From assembly GCA_040388455.1 (NCBI GenBank), contig JAZKBX010000038.1, positions 80 through 64,079 on the forward strand: a stretch of 64,000 nt of DNA, written 5' to 3'. The stretch comes from Bacteroidota bacterium (GTDB lineage: Bacteria > Bacteroidota > Bacteroidia > 2-12-FULL-35-15). Below the pieces are notes generated by a model. That model made no database searches, was not told the DNA's origin, and saw nothing but the letters and a program-made list of their open reading frames with translations. A program made the position numbers and the translations under genes. Below are positions 55,754 to 64,000 of this stretch, in pieces (position 1 is the stretch's first letter; each line of letters begins with the position of its first letter).

Positions 55754-57502
55754 TTAATTAGTTTGTGCTTGTGTATCCAATTCTTGTTTCGTTTTTAAAA
55801 TATCGATTGGTGATGTAGGTATTATTATTTCTTTTCGTTTCACCATAACATAGAAATTATAGGCAAACAAAATATGGGAAAGCCACATTAATGAACCTCC
55901 AATGGCACGCCAAAGCCAGTAGGGAGCCATGAGTTCTACACTTTCAATAAATGATTTTGTTTCTTCCATCCACATCAAGCCCCTGAGTGTTGAGCCATAC
56001 ATTAATGGAAATGTGTAAAACAGTAAGCCAATCAATGCCAACCAAAAATGTGCTCCAACTGTTATTTGTGGCGGTTCTTTACCTGTGAGTCTTGGAACCA
56101 CGGTGTAGATAAATCCCCACAACATAAAACAGATAATACCATACATTGTTAAGTGTGAATGTGCCACGGTAAAATCTGTAAAATGCCAAACCAGATTGGT
56201 GAAACGAAAGGCTTCGGCTGTTCCTTGTAATGAACCTGTGAAATAAAATACGATACCAATCAAATAGAACGGAAGCGTGTAACTACCGGAGAGTTTATGC
56301 CACGAACCCTTAAAAGTCATCAAGAAATTTGTTGTTCCTGCTACAACGGGTATTATCATTCCTGCACTTCCAACAATTGCTACTGTTTGCAACCACCAAG
56401 GAATGGCACTAAAAATAAAGTGATGCGTCCCAATTAAAGTGTAGAAAAGAATTTGAGCCCAAAACGCCAAAATACCCAAGCTATAAGAATATATAGGCCT
56501 ATTTAATTGCTGTGGTAAAAAATAATACATCAACCCAAGATTGAAAAGCATAAACCACATTCCCACGCCTTGGTGCATATAATAGCCTTGTACAATGGTT
56601 TCGCCCAGACCAGTTTGCCAGCCCGGCCAATAGGCTACAACTGCTATTACCAGCAAAAACATCATTGCAGAAATAATGTACCAATTGGATACATAGATTT
56701 CTTTGGTTGTTCTTTTGGCTATGGTTTTAAAAAAGTTTTTTATTGAAATAATTACACCAATACCAAACAATGCCATTACAGGCCAAATGTATTCTCTGTA
56801 TTCGCCTCCTCCATTGTTTATGCCGGCCATTAAAAACCAACTTCCCAATACCACCGAAGCATTAATAAGTATAAGAGAACGATAGCCTGTTTTTATGCTT
56901 GCTATTGGTACATTGCTCACTCTTGGTATTACATAATATGCCAAGCCCATCATTGCCAAGGATGCCCAACCCCAAAAAACAGCATTGGTATGCACGGGAC
57001 GTAATCTTCCAAAACTCAACCAACTGTAATGGTCAACATCAGGGGCTATAAATTTTATCCCGAGATATTCTCCCACTGTGGTTCCAAATAACAACCAAAA
57101 TGTAGCACAGCCTAAATACCATAAAATGAGTTTGGAGAGTTCAGGGTCAATATAAGGTCGTGGTTGACTTTTTTTCTTTTGCTCAATAAACCGAAGCGTT
57201 TCAACTTCACTAATATTATCAATTAAACCTTTCTTATCAATTGGTGTAGCTTCCCCTGATAGTTCATTATTTGACAAAACAAATTCAAGTTCTCTTTTTC
57301 TTTGTTCTAATTTTTCAACTTCTATTGGAGTTAAGCCTTTTACATACTGATTGAACCTCTCTAGCTCTTTTTTCTTGAGGTAATTTTTGATAAAAAGCTT
57401 ACCTTTAACAATTGCCAAAATAGAAACCACAATTATCGGTATAGCAATAAGCAATAGGGTTATAATAATTCCTGATTCGTTAAATATATTTTTTGTTTCC
57501 AT
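55754..57502 (-). CDS. Haem-copper oxidase subunit I (cbb3 CcoN-like / NO-reductase-like)
   Basis: 582 aa with at least 12 TM helices and a conserved His cluster (FTVAHSHLTMYG, GTHHF). An N-terminal extra helix and coiled segment are present. Confidence 0.75.
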   Translation of the reverse strand: METKNIFNESGIIITLLLIAIPIIVVSILAIVKGKLFIKNYLKKKELERFNQYVKGLTPIEVEKLEQRKRELEFVLSNNELSGEATPIDKKGLIDNISEVETLRFIEQKKKSQPRPYIDPELSKLILWYLGCATFWLLFGTTVGEYLGIKFIAPDVDHYSWLSFGRLRPVHTNAVFWGWASLAMMGLAYYVIPRVSNVPIASIKTGYRSLILINASVVLGSWFLMAGINNGGGEYREYIWPVMALFGIGVIISIKNFFKTIAKRTTKEIYVSNWYIISAMMFLLVIAVVAYWPGWQTGLGETIVQGYYMHQGVGMWFMLFNLGLMYYFLPQQLNRPIYSYSLGILAFWAQILFYTLIGTHHFIFSAIPWWLQTVAIVGSAGMIIPVVAGTTNFLMTFKGSWHKLSGSYTLPFYLIGIVFYFTGSLQGTAEAFRFTNLVWHFTDFTVAHSHLTMYGIICFMLWGFIYTVVPRLTGKEPPQITVGAHFWLALIGLLFYTFPLMYGSTLRGLMWMEETKSFIESVELMAPYWLWRAIGGSLMWLSHILFAYNFYVMVKRKEIIIPTSPIDILKTKQELDTQAQTN

Positions 57503-57549
57503 TCCTTATTTATATTGGATAAATTTGTCCATTATTTATTCAAATTTTT

Positions 57550-57984
57550 TTAACGTTTCAAAAAGGAGAATCCCTTTTCGTAGTCCATTGCTAACGACTT
57601 AACAGTTGTCGTTTCAAGCATCTTTTTAAGTTCATCTCTTATCATCTTAAATTGGTTGTGTACTGGGCAAGGCATTTTTTCATTACACTTTTTTAGACCT
57701 AAACCACAACCATTGTAAACACTTTCTCCATCAATAGCGAATACAATTGAACTTAGTTTAACTTTTTCTAGTTCATTTTCATCCATTGAGAAGCCACCAG
57801 TAGGGCCTTTATCAGAGTTGATAATGTTATTGCGCGATAATTTTTGCAAAATTTTGGAAGTATAGGCTGCTGGCGAGTCTATTGCTTCTGCCACATCCTT
57901 TAAACTCACTTTTCTATCTAAAAGCGATTGCTCAGCAATGAAAATTGATGCTCTAATACCGTATTCACAAGCTTTTGAAAACAT
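57550..57984 (-). CDS. Rrf2-family transcriptional regulator (NsrR/IscR-like)
   Basis: 144 aa. wHTH N-terminus (MFSKACEYGIRASIFIA) and a Cys cluster CGLGLKKCNEKMPCPVH. Confidence 0.85.
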   Translation of the reverse strand: MFSKACEYGIRASIFIAEQSLLDRKVSLKDVAEAIDSPAAYTSKILQKLSRNNIINSDKGPTGGFSMDENELEKVKLSSIVFAIDGESVYNGCGLGLKKCNEKMPCPVHNQFKMIRDELKKMLETTTVKSLAMDYEKGFSFLKR

Positions 57985-58251
57985 TTCGTTACTTTTTAGG
58001 GAGCAAAGATAAGTGTTTTATTTAATAATGGACTCTATTATCCACTATTATTTTTAATGAGGAGGCAATTGGCTCTTTTAGGGTTTGCTGTGGGGCGGGT
58101 TGTACGGTTTGAAAAACCTCAAATGTGCCAATGTGGACTGGCTAAATTATTTTAAATGTGTGGTGTGAAAAATCTTTAAACCCTTGTGTTGGCTTGAGAG
58201 TTGGAAAAGTCAGGTCGGTTTGTAAAATATTCGGAACTAAAAGCATTAGCT

Positions 58252-58875
58252 ATGAAATGGACTTACATTATCCAAAATAAACTAAAAGCCTCCTTTTTTC
58301 TTTTTATTGTTCTCTTAATGGTGCTATTAAATAACCTACAAGAAAGAAATGATGCTAAAGAAGTTAATGGATTACTAACTTCTATTTATAAAGATCGCCT
58401 TGTTGTAGAAAATTTCAATTACAATCTATTGGACAACATGCACAGGATTGTTTTGTTGACCAGCGACACGAGAGTAGATGCCATTAAAAGCAAAGAAGTA
58501 AAGAATTTAATTGAAAATATCAGGCACGTGATTTTTGATTATAGAAACACGTATCTTACTATGGAAGAAGAAGAAAATTTAAATAATATATTTCAGCTAA
58601 CTTTCCGATTAAATTCATTTGCAAATAGAGGTGATTATGCTTCCTGTAATAAGATGGCAACTGAATCCTTGCCTATACTGAATGATCTTTCACTTATACA
58701 AATCTCAGAGGGAAAAGCTATTAAAAATGATGCTGATAAACTTTTTTCCAGTAGCAAGGTTACATCGGAGTTTGAATTTGCCATGATAATTGTAATCGGA
58801 TTGATTATTCAGGCACTTGTTTTCAGTTCTAAAACAATTAATATAGCTTCAAATGTTCCACATCAGTTAAATTAA
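58252..58875 (+). CDS. Hypothetical two-TM protein with four-helix-bundle-like periplasmic region
   Basis: The track ORF starts at TTG 58201, but ATG 58252 (MKWTYIIQNKLKASFFLFIV...) is more plausible. There is a TM helix at each end. Confidence 0.4.
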   Translation: MKWTYIIQNKLKASFFLFIVLLMVLLNNLQERNDAKEVNGLLTSIYKDRLVVENFNYNLLDNMHRIVLLTSDTRVDAIKSKEVKNLIENIRHVIFDYRNTYLTMEEEENLNNIFQLTFRLNSFANRGDYASCNKMATESLPILNDLSLIQISEGKAIKNDADKLFSSSKVTSEFEFAMIIVIGLIIQALVFSSKTINIASNVPHQLN

Positions 58876-59072
58876 CTTTTAACAAATAATTACTTTTTGT
58901 AAAGTGTTTTTACAAACTCTACATGTTAAAAGATACTAATTTGTGGACATTAAAAGTCTTGTTATTCATTCTCTTATGTATGTGAAGACTATCAATATTG
59001 ACAGGTTGTCCATCACCTGCTTGATGAGTGTCAAAACTTACAGTTTGATTTTGAATTAATTGTTTCATTGTG

Positions 59073-60482
59073 CTACATAAAGAATCTGTAATCATAAACA
59101 TCATTCACAATCTCTTTTGATTGTTTCACTACGTTCGCGAAATTCTGAGAGTATCCAATGGTTACAGGTAGGGTTTTGTACAAAGTGTTATTATTCCAAT
59201 CAACCTTTGTCAACGCCAAAATACTAGCACAAGTTGAATGCCAACCTCCTGCACCGGAAAATCTTCTAATCACTATTGGATCCGGAAACGGTTTCAAGGC
59301 TGCTTCTTTAAAAACGGGTTGTTGGGTTTTTTCGACATTTACCCCGGCAACGCTGCCTTGTGTCCACAAAAGACATTCATTTTCACTAATTGGTAAATAT
59401 GCTCCCCGTTCTAATGGATAGAGAGATGCTTTCGCAGGATTACCTTGGTATGGACCATCTATTTTTAATCCGAACCAACTTGAGTGGCGGATAATTTGGA
59501 CGAGTTCGATCTCAGATTTTTCTCCAAAAGCATCAAAAGCACCCTGAATCTCATCTTCAGTAAAGTGTGATGTTTTGTGAATAAAAATTTTCTTAGGAAT
59601 TCGACCATTATGTTCGTTCTGATATATCAGCAAACTTCGTGACAAAACGGTTTGCATTTCCTGATAGCTTAAATATGGATTTCCTTTCCGGTCAGTAGAA
59701 AATTCCTTTGTATCATAAGCAACGAACTTAAATCCAGTACCATCGGGATCAAATACTTGACTGCAACAGGTAGTGTAATCACTTTTATTATCTATCCTTT
59801 TTATAGCATAACTTAATCCAATGTAAGCCTCGTCCTTATCTAGGTCCGCAAGTTTCCAAGGTATTCCCCCTGCCTTCGCATACATTGCGACACAAACTCC
59901 CCACATTACATTAGCCCGACACTCTCTGGTAAGTGCTAGGTCATTGATTATTTGAACAGGGATATTTATGAGCGCCAGTTTTGCCTTGATCATATCATGT
60001 AAATCAAAACCATCATATTCAAAACAGGAAGCCCATTCTTTCGGGAGATATAAAACTAGAATGTCAAATGAAGTTTTCAAAACAGCGGCTTTTCCAACAA
60101 CGTGCATCAACTGCTCTAACAAACCGATACCGTTCCCATTTTGTGCTATGTTTTCACATTCTGCTGGTAACTCAAATACCAAGTTATTGGTAGCAGTAAT
60201 AATTGGCGTTCTAAATACTTGTTGAAAGCCAGGATATATTGGGTAATAGTTTTTCGCCTCTTTGGGGCTATGACTTGCATTTAATTCAGTTATCAAGCCT
60301 TCCAGCTTTTTTGAGTTGCCATGAGGAGTTAAGAATGCTGTTCTAATTTGACTTGGAAACCCAAGCGAAAGACTATATGGCCCATGATTAATTAAACCTC
60401 GTAACGGATGAGCGTCTGTCTTACCATTGTTAAATAGTAATTGAGGTTCTGGTAGTATTTTATATGCTGAGAGTTCTGACAT
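59073..60482 (-). CDS. Short prokaryotic Argonaute (MID+PIWI only, probably catalytically inactive)
   Basis: 469 aa. N-terminus ...[12 protein letters not shown]...HPLRGL..HGPYS, a PIWI-like core with AYIGLSY where active pAgos have G-x-D-V, and a C-terminal [12 protein letters not shown]. It starts 1 nt downstream of the SIR2-APAZ gene. Confidence 0.75.
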   Translation of the reverse strand: MSELSAYKILPEPQLLFNNGKTDAHPLRGLINHGPYSLSLGFPSQIRTAFLTPHGNSKKLEGLITELNASHSPKEAKNYYPIYPGFQQVFRTPIITATNNLVFELPAECENIAQNGNGIGLLEQLMHVVGKAAVLKTSFDILVLYLPKEWASCFEYDGFDLHDMIKAKLALINIPVQIINDLALTRECRANVMWGVCVAMYAKAGGIPWKLADLDKDEAYIGLSYAIKRIDNKSDYTTCCSQVFDPDGTGFKFVAYDTKEFSTDRKGNPYLSYQEMQTVLSRSLLIYQNEHNGRIPKKIFIHKTSHFTEDEIQGAFDAFGEKSEIELVQIIRHSSWFGLKIDGPYQGNPAKASLYPLERGAYLPISENECLLWTQGSVAGVNVEKTQQPVFKEAALKPFPDPIVIRRFSGAGGWHSTCASILALTKVDWNNNTLYKTLPVTIGYSQNFANVVKQSKEIVNDVYDYRFFM

Positions 60483-60483
60483 T

Positions 60484-62220
60484 CTATTTTCTACTAAATG
60501 CTGTTCGTGTGTTTATCTTGAAAGTTGCAGAGTACTTTGAATCTTTGAAGCAAGTTACCTCGACTTCACCTTTACCTACTGAGCCAAATAAAATCTTTAT
60601 CCACGCATCCAAAATTTTGTTTGTCGTTGGATTATACCGAAATCGTTTTTTTCCTTTAACAAACTCAATTTGATTTTGTCGCTCAGTATGTGGCTCAATC
60701 CATATTGAAGGTTTCAACATAATAAAAAAGTTTCCATTACGGTTTTCTAATTTAATATTCACTGCCTCAGACCATGTGGCATTACTTAAGTAGCCTGCAC
60801 TCCCTGTTATGTTACCGAGATTCCTATTTTTATCGCGCAGTGCTTCTTTGAGTGGCAGAAATATATTATCTCCAGCATCTTTAGGTAGAATGGTCAGCAC
60901 AAAACCCTTATCATTTTTCATAGCAATAGGTCTTTGATCACATAGCGAAATAACCAATGCCCTTTCAAAGAATGCTTGATAACCAGTAATACTTAAGACT
61001 AATTTTTCTGGATTGTCAAAAGTATGAAGGGATACACCCTGAATATTTTCGGTTCCAATAGCCTTATTAATATCCTCCTCACTACCCCATGCAAGGATTG
61101 ATTCTGCACGCGAAACAATCGCACGTGAGCGATTCTTAATTAGCAACTCTTTAACATCATGTGAGTTTAACACGGTTTTGGTTTCAATAATAGCACACTG
61201 GCTAGGTAATGATATAATAGGCAAAGCATTCGTTCTAAGTACAGGGAACGATGTGCCGTTACTCGCCATTGGTATTTTGACATTCTTTGTTGTAACTGTG
61301 TTTACCTTTGAATCAACCTCAATATTCCGATCCGTCAGTTGGCGCCAAATTTTAGACATCATACTATCAAATGGCCCAGTTTCAACAATATGGGCATTTA
61401 TACCTTTTGCTTGCGCTGCCGAAATCAATTCTGTTACAATCGGCAAAATGTTTTTCATGTTAGGTACTGTCCAAATAAGACCCGCTGGAAAAGCATTATG
61501 CTGTTGCAATGCTTCAGAAAGCATTGCCATAACGTTAGCGTCACGACCACTATATCCACTCACAATTAAACCATACCTCGCTGATGCAGCAATCAAACAT
61601 TTTTGAATTTCAATGTCGTTTGAAATTAAATCTTGCGATAGATTCTTTACGCTTCGATATTTGAAATCGCCATGAATTTTAGCATAAAATGGAAAGCGTT
61701 CTGCATTAAGTGCAGCAAGTGCTGCGTATGAACCCTCAAGATTAAAAGTTGTTAGTGTAGTATTGGCAACTTTAACACAGGCGGTTTCGATGACCTCGTC
61801 AAAGTTTGTCGTGAAAATAATTCGCGCCTTGTTAAGTTTGACTAAACCAGCTAAAGCTCTATGACCTATGTTTAGAGAAATCTTAGTGTTAGAGAGTTGT
61901 TCTGCAAGATATTTTTGCTGTGAATCGTAGTTGGTGCCAAACGTTAGTTCAAAATAGAATGAGTATTCTTCTGGACTCCATAGCTTTGGAAACCCTTTGC
62001 TGTCCATATAAGACTGAATACGGTTTTTGATGTTCTCATTATTAATATCGTGTGTTTTGATGTCTTGATTTTCTTCTCGACAATAATGCTTTAACTTAAG
62101 ATCCCATATTAAATCGACAGCAGTCGGCATTCCAGCTGTTCGCGAAGTACCTGCGCCTAAAAACCACATGAATTGAGCAGCGTTGGCGATATAATGTTTA
62201 ATAAAATCCGACTCGTTCAT
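60484..62220 (-). CDS. SIR2-APAZ protein (SPARSA partner of short pAgo)
   Basis: 578 aa. SIR2 motifs [19 protein letters not shown] and KIHGDF, with a roughly 300-aa C-terminal APAZ-sized region. Confidence 0.75.
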   Translation of the reverse strand: MNESDFIKHYIANAAQFMWFLGAGTSRTAGMPTAVDLIWDLKLKHYCREENQDIKTHDINNENIKNRIQSYMDSKGFPKLWSPEEYSFYFELTFGTNYDSQQKYLAEQLSNTKISLNIGHRALAGLVKLNKARIIFTTNFDEVIETACVKVANTTLTTFNLEGSYAALAALNAERFPFYAKIHGDFKYRSVKNLSQDLISNDIEIQKCLIAASARYGLIVSGYSGRDANVMAMLSEALQQHNAFPAGLIWTVPNMKNILPIVTELISAAQAKGINAHIVETGPFDSMMSKIWRQLTDRNIEVDSKVNTVTTKNVKIPMASNGTSFPVLRTNALPIISLPSQCAIIETKTVLNSHDVKELLIKNRSRAIVSRAESILAWGSEEDINKAIGTENIQGVSLHTFDNPEKLVLSITGYQAFFERALVISLCDQRPIAMKNDKGFVLTILPKDAGDNIFLPLKEALRDKNRNLGNITGSAGYLSNATWSEAVNIKLENRNGNFFIMLKPSIWIEPHTERQNQIEFVKGKKRFRYNPTTNKILDAWIKILFGSVGKGEVEVTCFKDSKYSATFKINTRTAFSRK

Positions 62221-62715
62221 TCTTAAATCCGCTTCTTATGCGGGGGATTAAAGATACTTATAATATAGGATATTCTTGAAAATTAGAATGAAATAGCCAG
62301 TGCTAAATTTCTGTGATATTTATACTTGGCTTCTACGTCCCATCAAAATTCTATCTGCTTGGATATTTCCGAAATTTTCCCCAAATTTCTGCATTTCAAA
62401 AACCAATCTAAACTCCGCCCCCTATTGATTCGGGCCTAGAATTCTCGTGAAATTCCAAGAAATCTCGTGAATTATCGGAATTCCAAGTTTTATCGCAAGT
62501 AATACTTCGTCAATTTTTTTTATATTTGATTTATTTGCTAGTACGCTTCATCAAAGTTATCTAGGATTTGAAATTAACAAGTTAGAGAACGACTTTTTAG
62601 GCAAATACTTTCATTCAAAAATTTGATTTATATTTCCTTTTGAAGATAGATTAAAAAAATTGTACATTTGTTTATCCATTTCTTTTGGCTCATTTGCCAA
62701 CCAAATAATAAAAGA

Positions 62716-64000
62716 ATGGACAAATTCAACTTCAATAGGTTTTTTCGGGAGGCTAAGTCTCCCAATCCTTTAAAAGCTATAAACTTTATTCAGCAGGCAT
62801 TATCAGAAAAATCAATTGATTTTTCTGAATTTTGGCAAGTTGCTAATAAGGATTTAAGTGGACATAAATTTCTTTCCTTGTATTTCAAATCTAAAACAGC
62901 ATCTCCTGAGATTTTATCCTTCTTTTTCAAAAACAATTTGGATGTTTTAAAATCAGTAATAAAAGAATCAAAAGTCTTTAAGCGCGATGTTCATCTCGCT
63001 TCTTTAAAACAAATGTTTGCAAGCGATCCTTCCTTTATTTTAGAAATAGAATATTGGAAAAATATTTTTCAAGAAATTGAAATAGAACTCGAAAAGCATA
63101 ATTCGTTTTTATCAAGTTTCCACCTTGAAGAGTTATTGATAATTTGTAGCTTTTATTTTGAAAAAGAACGAATTACTAAGAGAATGGAACGTAATAGAGA
63201 CTACCCTTTAACTGAAATTATAAACGAGATATTAAACCATAGATTCAGGGGAATCAAAATCCTAAACAAACCAGTTGTAAACATCCATTCCGATGAGGCA
63301 CTTTACGAATTTGGAATTAAACTCTTGGGAGAGCTTTTATACAAGGGCGATCAAGACATTGCCAGAGTATTTAATTCCTTTGGTAAATTAGTGGAAATTA
63401 ATTACGTATACGATAAATATTGCATTCAAGAATTTACTTTGTCTTTTTTTGATATCAAGACTGCGAATGTTAAGCCAATCAATGAAACGAATTATCTAAA
63501 ATACAGAAATGACGGAAAGAAGTATCAATATTGGGCAAATTACTACGCTAATTCATTAGCCTTTCAATATCCCGATATAATAGATGAGATCGAAAGCTCT
63601 GAAAGAAGTTGGTACAACAAAATTGGAGATAAAAATATTTGGGCTAATTGTTTTCAATATATAGATGCAGGCTTTCCGGAAAAAATACAAATTAATGACA
63701 ATGATTTCATTGAACCAATTTCCTTTTTTAAAACTATAAATTCATTGGGAGGTTGGTCAAATATTCGATGGAATAATTTTATCGAACAACGGATTCTTAA
63801 TTGGAATTCCGAAAACCCGTATAAGATTATGCTCGATATAATAATATATAATGATCGGGAATATAAAAATAGTGCATTGCCACTTTTATTTAGAGAGTTC
63901 GATATGCTTGTTAAACAGGCCGAAGTAATAAACAAGACAGAAAAAGATGCAGGGCGATATAGTCTTTCTCTTTTTACCAATAATTTATCAGATCCTAAAA
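62716..64000 (+). CDS. Hypothetical protein, 3' end beyond window (not in supplied ORF track)
   Basis: From ATG 62716 (MDKFNFNRFFREAKSPNPLK...) the frame stays open for 428 codons to the window end. A Bacteroidota-type -7 box TAcaTTTG lies at 62663-62670, with TTG about 21 nt upstream. Confidence 0.6.
   Translation, partial: MDKFNFNRFFREAKSPNPLKAINFIQQALSEKSIDFSEFWQVANKDLSGHKFLSLYFKSKTASPEILSFFFKNNLDVLKSVIKESKVFKRDVHLASLKQMFASDPSFILEIEYWKNIFQEIEIELEKHNSFLSSFHLEELLIICSFYFEKERITKRMERNRDYPLTEIINEILNHRFRGIKILNKPVVNIHSDEALYEFGIKLLGELLYKGDQDIARVFNSFGKLVEINYVYDKYCIQEFTLSFFDIKTANVKPINETNYLKYRNDGKKYQYWANYYANSLAFQYPDIIDEIESSERSWYNKIGDKNIWANCFQYIDAGFPEKIQINDNDFIEPISFFKTINSLGGWSNIRWNNFIEQRILNWNSENPYKIMLDIIIYNDREYKNSALPLLFREFDMLVKQAEVINKTEKDAGRYSLSLFTNNLSDPK

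Noticed and set aside
63654-63980. 108-aa minus-strand ORF listed in the track.
   Set aside because: It is antisense to the 428-codon open plus-strand frame that starts at 62716, so it is most likely a shadow ORF.
1-64000. Looked for CRISPR arrays, tRNA/rRNA genes and integrase or recombinase genes.
   Set aside because: I saw no regularly spaced direct repeats with spacers and no tRNA-like cloverleaf sequences in the intergenic regions. No tyrosine or serine recombinase motifs appear in any ORF. The absence is by eye only; tRNAscan and CRISPR finders should confirm it.

Overview
Low-GC, Bacteroidota-like chromosomal segment (taxon inferred from gene content and promoter style). All family calls come from reading motifs by eye; no searches were run.

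- **1-6.9 kb, housekeeping:** secA 3' end, uvrC, gpsA, then envelope genes (YfhO-like, GT9).
- **~7.0-45.4 kb, defence island (~38 kb):** a decayed IS1-like transposase sits at the left edge. The island is packed almost gap-free and contains, in order:
  - a PtuA/PtuB-like ATPase+HNH pair with an extra SIR2 gene;
  - Wadjet jetABCD;
  - a decayed type I hsdR 3' fragment;
  - Gabija gajAB, preceded on the same strand by a second OLD-family ATPase-Toprim gene and by sbcDC;
  - an orphan LuxR-type response regulator;
  - a tightly coupled operon of SNF2 helicase, DUF4391, GmrSD-like DUF262/DUF1524, type III Mod, Res and an unknown 331-aa protein;
  - a 543-aa unknown protein with a C-terminal PD-(D/E)xK motif, plus a PPP-family metallophosphatase.
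- **45.4-58.9 kb, ordinary DNA:** a frameshifted DUF488 gene, folE/PTPS pterin genes, an ECF sigma unit with a duplicated promoter-like motif, and a nitrosative-stress / haem-copper oxidase cluster headed by an Rrf2 regulator.
- **59.1-62.2 kb:** a short pAgo + SIR2-APAZ (SPARSA-type) pair, followed by an ORF of more than 428 codons that is missing from the supplied track and runs off the window.

Best candidates for something undescribed:
1. the ATPase-HNH-SIR2 triad (7.7-11.8 kb);
2. the unknown genes at 41.6-45.3 kb;
3. the co-directional sbcDC-OLD-gajAB array (18.6-29.7 kb).
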